Both the position numbers and the translations under genes were made by a program. Under the pieces are notes generated by a model. It was not told the DNA's origin and searched no databases. It was given only the letters and a program-made list of their open reading frames with translations. Shown here in pieces: positions 13,442 through 26,574 of a DNA stretch of 64,000 nt (within the stretch, counting starts at the first letter, position 1; every line of letters begins with the position of its first letter). Source of the DNA: Octopus sinensis (taxonomy: Eukaryota). Location of the stretch: positions 248,001 to 312,000 of the forward strand of contig NC_043000.1 in NCBI RefSeq assembly GCF_006345805.1, given 5' to 3'.

Positions 13442-13660
13442 TACGAGGGGATGCTGACACCTGGCTTTAAAGGTGTCGCGAAAGGCTTGGCTGGGGGCCC
13501 AATGTTCCGAGTTCATTTACAGGACTCAGAAAAACTGAAGGACTGCTGCAATAAGTGTGTGGATCTGAGAGGGGAATATGTTGAATAAAATCATAATTAA
13601 CTGACCCGCCTGTATTTTCTCTTACCCAAAACCAGTAACCTTTCAGCCCCGCCCATTCGT
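13442..13660 (+). mobile_element. Internally deleted mariner derivative
   Basis: TA-CGAGGG...TTCG-TA ends. It encodes KCVDLRGEYVE*, a typical mariner transposase C-terminus. Confidence 0.65.
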
Positions 13661-13713
13661 AAATGTATGTTCGCGTACGTATTTATATGACCGATTTCAA
13701 TATAGAAATATAT

Positions 13714-13761
<48 letters not shown>

Positions 13762-14020
13762 GTATATATGTATGTATTTATGTATGTATGTATGTATGTA
13801 TGTATGTATGCATGTATGTATGTATGTATTTATATTATTATTTAATTGAACGCCACGCAACCACTTCCAAGTAAGTTTATATATATATACACACACACAC
13901 ACGTATATATATACATACATACACACACATACATACATACATACATACATGCATACATGCATACATACATACATACATACATACATACATACATGCATAC
14001 ATACATACATATATACATAC

Positions 14021-14064
<44 letters not shown>

Positions 14065-14198
14065 TTATGTTCATAATTTTCTCGGAACTCACTTTCCGGT
14101 TCCTTTTTTATATACTTTTTTTTCCCCATTATTAAACATATTGTACTTCACTTGTCATTAAATGTTTTCCAATAATACCATTTTTTTTTCTCTCGCAG

Positions 14199-14291
14199 AA
14201 TTACCAGAATATGATTCTATAAGAGATGAATGTGAACGAGTGCTACAAATAAAAACAAGAAGCGAAAAACAAACAAACAAAAAAAGATATG
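14199..14291 (+). CDS. Possible isolated 93-nt host exon, product unknown
   Basis: Acceptor TTTTTTTTTCTCTCGCAG, open frame LPEYDSIRDECERVLQIKTRSEKQTNKKRY, donor G|GTAATG, length divisible by 3. Confidence 0.25.
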
Positions 14292-14689
14292 GTAATGAAA
14301 GTCAAATCCACTTGAATGAATTAACGAAAGAAAAAAATACAAAAATATATAACGAGATAAATGTAAAGCTTATTCTGAATGGTTATGGAGACCAGTGTCA
14401 GAATGGAGGTGAAAAAAAATCTCTTTCTTAGTGAGAAGTGTAAAAACCTCGTGAGATCGTTTTTAGGTTAAAAGAAAAGGAAGAAAGAAAGAAAAGAAAA
14501 GAAGAGAAAAAATAAAAAAAATCGCAGTATTCAATGATATATATCTTAATGAAAATACAAATAGGCTTAACAATAACAATAAATAACAATTACAAATAAT
14601 TATGGGAACAAGAAAAGCTTCCGAAAAGCGGAAGCTATAGAAAAATGGGTAATAAATTCAGCTACAAGCATAAGAAAAAAATAATTCTC

Positions 14690-15103
14690 TTTTACTCTTT
14701 TCTCTTTTCCCTTTTTACTTGTTTCAGTCATTTGACTGCGGCCATGCTGGAGCACCGCCTTTAGTCGAGCAAATCGACCCCGGGACTTATTCTTTGTAAG
14801 CCCAGTACTTATTCTATCGGTCTCTTTTGCCGAACCGCTAAGTGACGGGGACGTAAACACACACACCAGCATCGGTTGTCAAGCAATGCTAGGGGGACAA
14901 ACACAGACACACAACACACACACACATACATATTATATATATACATATATACGACAGGCTTCTTTCAGTTTCCGTCTACCAAATCCACTCACAAGGCATT
15001 GGTCGGCCCGGGGCTATAGCAGAAGACACTTTCCCAAGATGCCACGCAGTGGGACTGAACCCGGAACCATGTGGTTGGTTAGCAAGCTACTTACCACACA
15101 GCC
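14690..15103 (-). mobile_element. SINE family A
   Basis: Reverse complement of the 13033 copy. Confidence 0.9.
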
Positions 15104-15245
15104 AATGAAGAATATATATAAAAAAAAAACAAGAAGAAAAAGAAAAGAAAATAGAAGGGAGCAAAGGAAAAAAGAAAAACACGATATTAATTCATGGGTT
15201 GTATCCAAACAGTAGCATAGTCATGCTTCATACATTAAGGTTGGT

Positions 15246-15646
15246 TTGACCGTGAATATCTGATCGCTGTTGTCTTTCGTCACCGGAGAACAACACCTGC
15301 CTTTTTATTATATGTGTTTAAAACATACAATTCACTGGTGCAAGGGAACTTTGGGACACTGTTGTTTTGACTTCGTTGTGCGTCTCCTCAATCAAAATAA
15401 CTCTGCTGAACCAACGACTCCGAGAAGTGCGCGTGATCATGTTTATAGAAATCAATAAACAAATTATTTGAAGATCCGTGCTGGCATAGCGTTAACTGAA
15501 GAGACACACAACGAGTTCAAAAGACTATGGTTTCTCACAGTCCCCTTATAACGGCGGATCGCATGTAGTATGAAGGCACATCGTCTGAGTGGAGTCTGTG
15601 TTCTCCGATGACGCAAAACACCAAAGATCTGACATTCATGTTCGAA
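15246..15646. mobile_element. Old foldback element
   Basis: Nested degenerate inverted repeats: ~15246-15290 pairs with ~15599-15646, and ~15365-15395 pairs with ~15492-15522. Confidence 0.5.
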
Positions 15647-15659
15647 TCTGCCATAACGT

Positions 15660-15963
15660 TTGTTTGCTCCTTCTCGAGCCACGCCTGGCTCAATAGGGCC
15701 GGTTTCTCGGTTTCCTGGCGTATAGGTTCACCACCTGGACGGGACGCCAGTCCGTTGCAGGTGAGCTGCAAGATGCAGGAGGAAAGAGTGAGAGAAAGTT
15801 GTGGCGAAAGAGTCAGCAGAATTTCGCCATTACCTTCTGCCGGAGCCGCGTGGTGCTTAGGTGTTTCGCTCATAAACACACACATCGCCCGGTCTGAGAT
15901 TCGAACCTGCGATCCCCCGACCGCGAGTCCGCTGCTCCAACCACTAGGCCATGTGCCTCCACA
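15660..15963 (-). mobile_element. SINE family B (tRNA-derived head GTGGAGGC..)
   Basis: Box A/B head and (CAAA)n tail. Flanking direct repeat CATAACGT at 15652 and 15969. Confidence 0.85.
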
Positions 15964-16204
15964 TGTGTCATAACGTACCACTTATTAAAAATGAATAGAC
16001 ACGTTGCTGAAAGATGCTATCTTACTAGTATAAAACAAAACTTTAGATGTAAGGTACATGATCGCTTAACTTTTTAAAAATAGTAGAGTTATGAAAAAGA
16101 AAAATATAACAGAAGGTAACTTATTACGCCCTATTGTTTATTTTTGGAATAATGTAGTTGTCAAAACTTGATCTCTAAATAATAAAAAAAACATCTGCAT
16201 ATTT

Positions 16205-17140
16205 TATCTTTTACTTGTTTTAGTCATTGCACTGCGGCCATGCTGGGGTACCACTTTAAAATATGATTAGACAAATGAATCAAATGCAGCACTTATTCTA
16301 TCAATTTGCCGAACCGCAAAGTTGCGGCGTTTGTAAACATACCAACACTGGTTGTCAGGTTGTGGTGAAGGACAAACATAGACACAAAGACACACAAATA
16401 CATATACTTTGGGTTGTCCGGAAAGTTCGTGCCGATTTATAACAGCTTACCTTTCGACTTACTTTAGAACATAGTTGAGTTCATAAAATAGGATTTGACT
16501 ACACCTCCATTTAGAGCACAGTTTAAGCTATCCTTTCGTGGAAGAAGGTTTATATTCCTATAACCTGTGTTAATTCTGTAACCCTTTAAAATGGAAGATA
16601 AGAGAGTTCATTTTCGGCACTTGAGGCTCTGGGGATTGCTGCATCTCGGCTGGTATGTGTTACTCCACCCTCCATATTCACCAGATATTGCTGTAGCTCG
16701 GCTGGTATGTGTTACCCCACCCTCCATATTCACCAGATATTGCTCCTTCGGATTTCCACTTGTTCAGGTCTCTGCAGAAAAGTCTTAATGGTAAAAATTT
16801 CAATTCCTTGGATGACGTAAAAAGATACCTTGATGAATTCTTTGCCATGAAACCACCTCAATTCTGGGAAGAGGGTATTTTCAAGTTAAAGAAAAGATGG
16901 AGACGCATTGTGCAACAAAATGGTTCATATTTGGTTGATTAAAAATGTAGTGGTAAGTATTTATTGACCTTTTTTCTTTCCTTTAAAAATCGGCATGAAC
17001 TTTCCGGACAACCCAATGTAACGAACTTCTTTCAGTTTCCATCTACCAAATCCACTTACAAAACTCAAGTCGATGATTCCGTGGGACTGAGCCCAGGACC
17101 ATAAGGTTGGGAAGCAAGCTTCTTACCACACAGCCACGCC
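16205..17140 (-). mobile_element. SINE-A interrupted by a mariner element
   Basis: SINE 3' part at 16205-16400 and 5' part at 17020-17140. Confidence 0.75.
16407..17018 (+). mobile_element. Non-autonomous mariner (internally deleted transposase)
   Basis: ~30-bp TIRs (TTGGGTTGTCCGGAAAGTTCRTGCCGATTT) with TA flanks. N-terminal MEDKRVHFRHL is joined to LPHPPYSPDIAPSDFHLF (YSPDLAP motif) and the C-terminus (16709-16942). Confidence 0.92.
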
Positions 17141-17814
17141 TGGTCTACAACCGAAACGTGTTTTCTGTTAAAACCCCCTTGAACAGGCTTACTTGGGACT
17201 CAACAGAACCGTCTACGAAAAACATTGAGAAGCAATCAAGTTAACAATTTTCTCGACGACTAATCACAATTGAATAATGTCTAATTAGAATGTCCACATC
17301 TAAACATTGTTTCGATCAATTCCATCTCAATTATTCATCGCATGTCGAAATTTTTGGATTTGTACAATACTCCCTGGTTGAACCCATATTTGTAAAGGCA
17401 CTAAAGTCATTTAGTCCAAACCTTAATTCTTCCTTTCCGTTTTCCATCCTTCGAAACATTTTCTAAGCCTTACCCACTATTCGCGTTAACCACTATTCTC
17501 GTCTCCTTCGCCTCAAGGCCGTATTTTATTCGACTGTTTGTTCTCGTCCATCATCCTAAATCACACTGTGTCGTTTTGCTTGTTTGTTTTTCGTTTTGCA
17601 TGCTCTTGACCCTAATTCTATGCAAAAAAAACTTTTTGTGTGTGTGCACCACCAACTGGGAAGCACTCAGTCTTATCGTTAAAGGTGCGAAGCTGAACAG
17701 CAGCATTGGTCAATAACTGATGCAGGATTGTGGACGTTCTGGCTGTCTCCCGTTCATTTTTACGTTCAGTATACGTTACATCGTTTTTATATATGTATGT
17801 GTGTGTATATATAT

Positions 17815-18220
17815 ACTCTCTTTTACTCTTTTACTTGTTTCAGTCATTTGACTGCGGCCATGCTGGAGCACCGCCTTTAGTCGAGCAACTCGACCCCGGG
17901 ATTTATTCTTTGTAAGCCCAGTACTTATTCTATCGGTCTCTTTTGCAGAACCGCTAAGTGACGGGGACGTAAACACACCAGCATCGGTTGTCAAGCAATG
18001 CTAGGGGGACAAACACAGACACACAAACACACACATACATATATATACATATATACGACAGGCTTCTTTCAGTTTCCGTCTACCAAATCCACTCACAAGG
18101 CATTGGTCGGTCCGGGGCTATAGCAGAAGACACTTTCCCAAGATGCCACGCAGTGGGACTGAACCCGGAACCATATGGTTGGTTAGCAAGCTACTAACCA
18201 CACAGCCACTCCCGCGCCTA
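17815..18220 (-). mobile_element. SINE family A
   Basis: Full-length reverse copy. Confidence 0.9.
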
Positions 18221-18423
18221 TATATATATAAAGTGTAAGATTATCAAAAAAAGCAATAATTTATACCATTGGTCAGTATGCGTCAAAAATGTCCTTAGAC
18301 CATAAGCGTTTTATAATATATACATGTGTATGTAATTTTTTTTATTTTTTCAAATTGTCTTTCCTACCGACATCCAACGTGTTATAAATAAGTATACATT
18401 TTTCGTTAAGAAACAGTGAACAG

Positions 18424-18470
18424 TGTCAGTGAGCAGGTCGCGGTCTCAAAGCGACGAAAATATTTTGACA
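18424..18470 (+). ncRNA. Minimal type I hammerhead ribozyme, G3-C8 variant
   Basis: TGTCA GTGAGCA G GTCGC-ggtctcaaa-GCGAC GAAA ATAT TT TGACA. Helices I and II are 5 bp each; helix III is the palindrome AATATT. Confidence 0.68.
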
Positions 18471-18644
18471 AATTAAATATAAATATTGAAGTGAATCTAA
18501 CGAATTTTGTGTGTTTCTTAAATGGCTTATAAACACCTTCTACGCTGCAATTGCTTTCGTTCCAGCGCAAGATCTCAGATCAGGTCACTTGCTATGCAAA
18601 TAAATCTCCATAATGTATATATATATATATATATATATATATGT

Positions 18645-18900
18645 TTCTGTATTTTTATTCGTGTACATCGTTCGTTTTCCGTCCTTGTGCTGTATACATT
18701 CGAAGCTTTCTTCCAAGGGATCTAATGCGCTTGGCTTAGATTTCCGTTGGGGGCTGCCCAGGTCGGAGCAATCTCAAGATTAATCAGCCGAAATTGCGAA
18801 GATGATCTGGTTCTTGACTGATGACTGAAGACTTCGAATGTCCCGTCCTGTGGTTCTTGTGTCGTCTCCTAGGTGTTTCACGTTCTTGTCCCAGTTTGTA
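18645..18900 (+). repeat. (TA)n-associated dispersed repeat family D
   Basis: Shares TAATCAGCCGAAATT...TTGACTGANGA...CTTCGAAT with ~23060-23410, ~50940-51060, ~54670-54800 and (minus) ~55415-55735. Confidence 0.8.
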
Positions 18901-19413
18901 TATATTTTTTACTTTTTACAGATATATATATATATAGGGAAATAGCTTTACCAATGAGAAAGCAAACACCTATGTGGAGGAGGAAAACCAAGCGCTCCTC
19001 CCTTTCTAGTCCAAGTTCTGACTACATGTAGTGGTGTCATGCTGATAGTGTGGGTGCCATGCATTGGTGGTGGTGGTGGTGGTGACGGTGTTGGTGATGT
19101 CACGAATAGCAGCAGCGCTACCAAGAGGCATGTCATAGTGGTACAGGTGATGTCATGGCAGGAGGGATAGTGCCATATGATGATGGCAGCGGAGTTGTGA
19201 TAGAGATGCCACGCTGCTTGTTGCTGTTGTAGCATAGCGGTTTTGGTGGTGGTGGTGGTGGTGGTGATGTAGTTGTATAAAACAGGAAGAGAGAGAGAGA
19301 TGTAGTGGAACTGCTCAGAGTGAATTAGATTTTGCTGCGATACGGAACATTCTTTAAAAAAAAAAAGAGGATTCTGGATTGTGATAATCAGACTTGATGA
19401 TAACAAAATCGCC

Positions 19414-19730
19414 AATCATCATCATCGTCATCGTCATCACTATCATCATCATCATCATCATCACCATCGTCATCATGACTATCATCATATCCCTCCTTCT
19501 TCTCTTCCTCCTCCTCCTCATCATCATTACGATCACGACGACGACGACGACGACGACAATCATCATCATCATCATCACCTTCATCTACATCATCACTACC
19601 ACCGCCATCATCATCATCATCATCGTCATCATCATCATCATCATCATCGTCATCATCGTCATCGTCATCATCATCGTCGTCATCATCATCATCATCATCA
19701 TCGTCATCGTCATCATCATCATCATCGTCG

Positions 19731-19762
<32 letters not shown>

Positions 19763-19778
19763 GTCATCATCATCGTCG

Positions 19779-19810
<32 letters not shown>

Positions 19811-19926
19811 GTCGTCGTCGCATCATCATCATCGTCGTCATCATCATCATCATCATAATCATCGTCATCGTCATCATCATCATCATCGTCGTCGTCATCA
19901 TCGTCGTCGTCATCATCATCATCATC

Positions 19927-19998
<72 letters not shown>

Positions 19999-20026
19999 GT
20001 CATCATCATCATCATCATCATCGTCG

Positions 20027-20058
<32 letters not shown>

Positions 20059-20074
20059 GTCATCATCATCGTCG

Positions 20075-20106
<32 letters not shown>

Positions 20107-20182
20107 GTCGTCGTCGTCATCATCATCGTCGTCATCATCATCATCATCATCATCGTCATCGTCATCATCATCATCATCGTCG

Positions 20183-20220
<38 letters not shown>

Positions 20221-20236
20221 GTCATCATCATCGTCG

Positions 20237-20274
<38 letters not shown>

Positions 20275-20371
20275 GTCGTCGTCGTCATCATCATCGTCGT
20301 CATCATCATCATCATCATCATCATCGTCATCGTCATCATCATCATCATCGTCGTCGTCATCATCGTCGTCG

Positions 20372-20437
<66 letters not shown>

Positions 20438-20460
20438 CCATCATCACCTTAATCATCATC
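19414..20460. repeat. ~1-kb (CAT)n/(CGT)n array
   Basis: Direct reading; source of the poly-His/Ile/Met pseudo-ORFs. Confidence 0.97.
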
Positions 20461-20645
20461 AGTTTCAGCAGTAGCAGCACCAGGATTATAAGTTCCTCCA
20501 TCGTCTTCATCTTATGATACTCACCAATATTAAAACCTTCAACCCTTGTCGTCTTCCTCCTCCTCCTCCCCTCCTCCTTCTTCGTTCTTGTTGTTTAGGA
20601 ATTTAATGCTGATGATGAGGAGGAGGGGGAGAACAGGAGCAAGAA

Positions 20646-20678
<33 letters not shown>

Positions 20679-20919
20679 CGACGATGATAAAAAAACTGTA
20701 GCACCAGCAAGAAAAATGCTTCAAGGTAATAAATATGTCTGTCAGCGGGTGAGAGAGGAGGGGCGAGAGAATGTAGGGGTGGATGGGGCGGAACGAAGAT
20801 GGAGAGATGAAGTGTAAAAAACTTCAAGTATTTCACTGAGGAGACATTATGGCACAACGATAAGGGGGGTCTATAAATTTTGAACAGAGGTATTGAGTTC
20901 GTATCTCGCCTCAGGTATA

Positions 20920-21146
20920 CTCTCTTTTACTCTTTTACTTGTTTCAGTCATTTTGACTGCGGCCATGCTGGAGCACCGCCTTTAGTCGAGCAAATCGCCC
21001 CCGGACTTATTCTTTGTAAGCCCAGTATTTATTCTATCGGTCTCTTTTGCCGAACCGCTAAGTGACGGGGACGTAAACACACCAGCATCGGTTGTCAAGC
21101 AATGCTAGGGGGACAAACACAGACACACAAACATATACACACCACT

Positions 21147-21179
<33 letters not shown>

Positions 21180-21350
21180 TATATACATATATACGACAGG
21201 CTCTTTCAGTTTCCGTCTACCAAATCCACTCACAAGGCATTGGTCGGCCTGGGACTATAGCAGAAGACACTTGCCCAAGATGCCACGCAGTGGGACTGAA
21301 CCCGGAACCATGTGGTTGGTTAGCAAGCTACTTACCACACAGCCACTACT
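20920..21350 (-). mobile_element. SINE family A
   Basis: Reverse copy. Confidence 0.9.
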
Positions 21351-21384
21351 GCGTATTTAGTAAAATTCAGAATATATACACTAG

Positions 21385-21810
21385 TTTCAAATTTTGGCTC
21401 AAGGCTAGCAATTTTGGATGAATGAGGAAGGCGATTATGTATACTCTACTGTTCAACTGGTCCTTATTTCATGAACCCCGAAAGGACGAAAGTCAAAACT
21501 GACCGTGGCAGAATTTGAACTCGGAGCTTAAAGTTAGACGAAATGCTGCTTAGCATTTTTCCTGCGCGGCAACGACTCTCCTATTCACCGCCTCGTACAA
21601 CAGACATATATTAGTTTCAAATTTTAGCACAAGGCCAGCAATTCTGTTGGAGGACGAACGTCGATAACATCAACCCCAGTGTTCCTCCTGTACTTATTTT
21701 ATCGACTCTGAAAGGATAATAGGCAAAGTCGACCTTCGCGGATTTGAACTCAGAACGGGAAGACGAACGAAATGCCACTAAGCAAGCATTTTCCCCGGCG
21801 TGCTAACGAC
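21385..21810 (-). mobile_element. Two diverged SINE family N (Nin-domain-like) copies
   Basis: GAAAGGA...AAAGTCGACC...TTTGAACTC matches the 60500 family in reverse. Confidence 0.7.
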
Positions 21811-22187
21811 AGCACACAAAGATTATCTGCAAGATTATAAGCGAATATCTTTCTGTGCCATAAAAATTTACAAACCTCTGTGATCTAACACCGTTATGAA
21901 ACAGAAATACGAAAATTTATTTTCATGTTAAAAGAACAGATAAACTCAATATTTAATTCTCGCTGGTTTTAGAGTAGTTCAATTCCTTTCTTTGGTGGTT
22001 CAAACCGTACATTAATATGTACTACCAGCCCCTTATGGGAACTTGCCTATTGACAGTTTTCAATCTTATATTCTACGCAAAATATCCTGTTGCTGTTGAC
22101 GTCTCTGTCAACAACGCTATTTGGGTTTTTGTGTACTCCGATCTGTTGGTGAACCCTCGATCCTCATAAATTTCTATTGCATAAATT

Positions 22188-22258
<71 letters not shown>

Positions 22259-22273
22259 GTCTATGTGTATCTG

Positions 22274-22312
<39 letters not shown>

Positions 22313-22327
22313 GTCTATGTGTATCTG

Positions 22328-22370
<43 letters not shown>

Positions 22371-22427
22371 GTCTATGTGTATCTGTCTATCTATCTATCT
22401 ATCTATCTATCTGTCTATGTGTATCTG

Positions 22428-22482
<55 letters not shown>

Positions 22483-22497
22483 GTCTATGTGTATCTG

Positions 22498-22552
<55 letters not shown>

Positions 22553-22591
22553 GTCTATGTGTATCTGTCTATCTATCTATCTATCTATCTA
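22188..22591. repeat. (TATC)n array with a recurring TGTCTATGTGTATCTG interruption
   Basis: The interruption occurs six times between TATC runs. Confidence 0.95.
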
Positions 22592-22993
22592 TTCTTTTAC
22601 TTGTTTCAGGCTTTTGACTGCGGTAATGCTAGAGCACCGCCTTGAAGTCGAACAAATCGACCCTAGGACTTATTCATTTTTAAGCCATATACTTTTCTAT
22701 GTTTTTTTTTTTGCAGCACTGCTAAGTCACGTTCCCGTAAACGCACCAACACCGGTTATCAAACGATGATGTGGGGACAAAAACTGGCACAAAGGCACAC
22801 ACACGCATTAATATATATACTTATATATACGACGGTTCTCTTTCAGTTTCCGTCTACCAAATCCATTCACAAGGCTTTGGTCAGCCCGAATCTACAGTAG
22901 AAGACGCTTGTCCAAGGTGCCACGCAGTGGGACTGGAACGGAACCATGTGGTTGGGAAGCAAGCTTCTTACCACCACACCAGCCCCACCTGCG

Positions 22994-22997
<4 letters not shown>
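22592..22997 (-). mobile_element. SINE family A
   Basis: Diverged reverse copy. Confidence 0.85.
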
Positions 22998-23046
<49 letters not shown>

Positions 23047-24171
23047 TTGTTTGCTTGTTATCAGTCGTAAGACACTTGTTGTTTTCACCGTTAATGCTTC
23101 TGTATTTCATGTTTCTGTATTCCATTATTGTTTTTTGTTTTTTTTATATCTGTCCCTTTTGCTGTCCTGGTGTTCGTATGCATTCGATCCTTCTTCCAGG
23201 AAATCTACGCTTCCAGCTTAGTTTTTCTAATGCTCGTTGCTTAGTTTTTCTTGGAGGGCTGGCCGTGATCTAGTAATCTCAAGATTAATCAGCCGAAATT
23301 ACTACGATGATCCGGTTCTTGACTGAAGACTGAGGGGTTCGAATGTCCTGTCCATGTTTATTGTGTCGTCTTCTAAGAGTTATACGTTCTTGTCCATGTT
23401 GTATTTTTCTACATACCTTAACTTATGTATATATATATATATATATGTATGTTATATATACACACACACACACATATATGTACGTATTTATAATTAATGT
23501 TTAGTATAAGCAACAGAGTGACACAAGAACCGAAAGTTAAGGGCGTTAGTACTTATCAAACTAGTTACAGATCGAAGAGTTGTGGGTTTTTATACCCGGT
23601 GATCATAGTATTTCCCTGGATAGTTCTTGAACGAATTATAAAAGCAATTACAATATCAGGTGGAAAATTCATATATTTTCAAAAAGGTTGCCAGTTATGT
23701 TGCTCAGTGAGTAAATGCCTAAATAAAGGAAAATGTCACCTAATATAACATAATACATCAATTAAAATGTCACTTTATTGTTCTGATAATGAAAATACCG
23801 CTAAAGTTAATAGACAAGTATTTCAAGTATTCTCTGTATTGAAACCAAATATATTTCATATTAGAAGTAGCATTTCAAATGGACAATTTTAGTTTAAAAC
23901 TTTGCCATCTTGCAGTCTGTAAAGCTATAGTATGGAACTAATAATTGTTGCAAATTTTGTCACGAGGCCGACAAATCGATCATTGTACTTAACTGGTAAT
24001 TTATTTTATCGACCATGAAAAGATGAAAGGCAAAGTACGACTCGGCGATATTTGAAGTGAAAACCGGAAGAAATGCCACTGAGCAAATTTTGTACGACAT
24101 GCTAGCGATTCAGACAGTTTATCGTCTTAAGGAACTAACTATTATGACAACAGCTGCAGCAACGTCAATAA

Positions 24172-25050
24172 CAACAAGAGCACTCAGAGAGCGCAAACCT
24201 CCACCAAGGCAACATCAAAGGTCCGTGGAGGCGCAATGACCCAGTGGTTAGGGCAGCGGACTCGCGGTCGTAAGAACGTGCTTTCGATTCCCAGACCGGG
24301 CATTGTGAGTATTTATTGAGCAAAAAACACCTAAGCTCCACGAGGCTCCGGGGTGGGGGTGAACCCCGCTGTACTCTTTCACCACAACTTGCTCTCACTC
24401 TTTCGTCCTACTTCTGCCACAAAGCAGAGGAACCATGGTGTAACCCACTATGGTGTGGTAAACGCAGACCCTAGTCTAGATTGCGAATCCTCTGTACCCC
24501 ATGATGGTTCAGCTCTCCACCCGTTAAAAGCTACCGTTTACAGAATGAGGATAACAACGTAGATTTCTCGCCCGTGCAACCGCCGGTCTATCGCGTGTGG
24601 TGGGTGGATCTTCAAGTTACCACACGCATTCTTAGTAGCTTAGAGTAGGCTCGAATACGAGATTATTCTTTGTGGCTAATGGCATGAGTCCTGATTGTAA
24701 GAAGAAGAAGAAGACACCAACGTCCTCTCAATGATTAGCCAGAGAGGATTTTTTTAAATGAGAATATCTGAAATAAACTCGACTGCTCTCACAAACGAGA
24801 ATATTAAAATGAACCCGACCGCTCTCAAAACTTAAGTAAAGAAAAAAAAAACGGAAAAATAATCCAGAATCTTTGTCTGGTATTGGATCGATCCCAAAAC
24901 CTAATGAGTTCGTGCCAGTCACGAGGCCAAACATTTCTGAAAGTTTCATCCAAATCCATCCAACTGTTCTTAAGATATCTTGTGGACGGACAAACTAACA
25001 AACAAACAAACAAACGCGACTAAAAACAATACCTCCGCTTTCGCTAAGGT
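24172..25050. mobile_element. Helentron/DINE-1-like non-autonomous element split by a SINE-B
   Basis: Starts AACAAGAG..CCTCCACCAAGG, resumes at 24714, then (AAAC)n and a terminal hairpin TACCTCCG...CGGAGGTA. An uninterrupted relative lies at 25943-26318. Confidence 0.7.
24225..24713 (+). mobile_element. SINE-B head with a distinct body and (AAG)n tail
   Basis: Head matches 59631. Flanked by the approximate TSD ACATCAAAGGTCC/ACACCAACGTCC. Confidence 0.75.
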
Positions 25051-25942
25051 GGCGAAGACGGAGGTAATAATAATTTCTTATCTACCATACAATCAATAAA
25101 TATCAGCAGTTACTATTTTGTGAGCGTATGCGTGTATGTGTACGGACACGTGTGCATTTGTGTATGTGGCAAATGCACACAACTATAAATCATGTAAATA
25201 AATGTGCTTAGGATAGTCGATAGTTTGCCTAATGTCTCTGTGAAGGAAAAAAAACGGTGAAGTTTATATAATGAAAATATGTAATATTTATGTAATGATA
25301 CCATCGTAGGACATCTTAGAGTACTTAAGCAACTGTTTGCTCTATCGCCATATAGCTGCGGTTTCATAAGAATTAGAATCTCATTCTGCCACTATGCCAT
25401 ATGTATAATACCGACGATCGGCCACGAGTAGTAGATATATAAAGCAGTTTGGTACTGACAAAGAGGAACGAAGCAAGTAGTTTTATATTTCGCTGAGAAA
25501 TAATGTCTTGACGAGGTACCGAAGTTGATGGGATATAACACAAACATTTCGTCAAAAGTGAAAAAAAACAGTTCTTGAAAAAGCATAAAAATGTGTTACC
25601 TCGGGCCCTATATGCAAAGTTAGGTCTCTCATAAGTTTTGATGCACAAAAATATGCTTTTTTTTTATACTGAATATGCGATACTGGAATGGGTCTTCGTC
25701 TAATTTCCCAAGTGCTTTTTTATGCTATGAAATACGATAGTAAAAATTTTGTTCAGACTCTCTCCCGGCAATGTAAGTTGAAACGCTTAAAAAAAAGAGA
25801 GATATTCGATGAATGCAAATTCGCGTGCGCACACCACCGACATCCACACTTATGCATTCATCCAGATGTGCATATGCACATATGAAAGAGAAACATATTC
25901 AATGCATATAGTAGATTTTATAATTTATTTCCATTAATTATA

Positions 25943-26318
25943 AACAAGAACAACCAGAGAGCGCCAATCTCCGCCAAGGCAACACCAACGTCCTCTCTAC
26001 AATTAACCGGAGAGGATTTTTAAAATGAGAATATCTGAAATAAACTCGACTGCTCTCACAAACGAGAATGCTAAAAATGAATCCGACTGCTCTCAAAAAT
26101 TAAGTTTAAAAATCGAAAAAATAATCCAGAATCCATGACCGGTACCAGATTGATCCCAAAATCTAATTAGTTCGTGCCAGTCACGAGGCCAAACATCTCT
26201 GACAGTTCCATCGGAATCCATCCAGCGGTTCTTGGGATATCTTGTCCACAATCAATCAAGCAAGTAAACAAACACGATTGGAAATAATACCTCCGCCTTC
26301 GCTAAGGTGAAGGTAATA
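25943..26318. mobile_element. Helentron/DINE-1-like element
   Basis: Colinear with 24172-24220 joined to 24714-25050. Confidence 0.72.
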
Positions 26319-26574
26319 ATCTTTTCAACGATTGGGACTAAGCCTGAAATTTGGTTAGGGTAAGGCTAGTCATTTACATCGGTTCCAGTACGGTACTCCT
26401 GATACTTATTTTATTGAGCCTGAAAGGATAAAAGTCAACGTCAACCTTGCCGGAATTTGCACTCAGAACTGAAAACCGTAAGAAATGCAAGCTAAGCATT
26501 TTACCTGCTGTGCAAACGATTCTTGTCCGCTCACTGCCTTCTGAAAATAACAAATAATACACTACATAAATGTG

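Noticed and set aside
17295-17348. Minus-strand HHR-like GCGATGA..AATTGATC GAAAC AAT GTT
   Set aside because: The core lacks U4 and helix I is unconvincing; at best a relic.
19381-20517. 378-aa His/Ile-rich ORF and overlapping poly-Met ORFs
   Set aside because: Stop-free translation of the (CAT)n microsatellite.
22255-22570. CRISPR-like recurring 16-mer
   Set aside because: The spacers are TATC runs, the context is eukaryotic and there are no cas genes.
23703-23740. GTGAGTA core-like word with a small hairpin
   Set aside because: No proper helix I or III.
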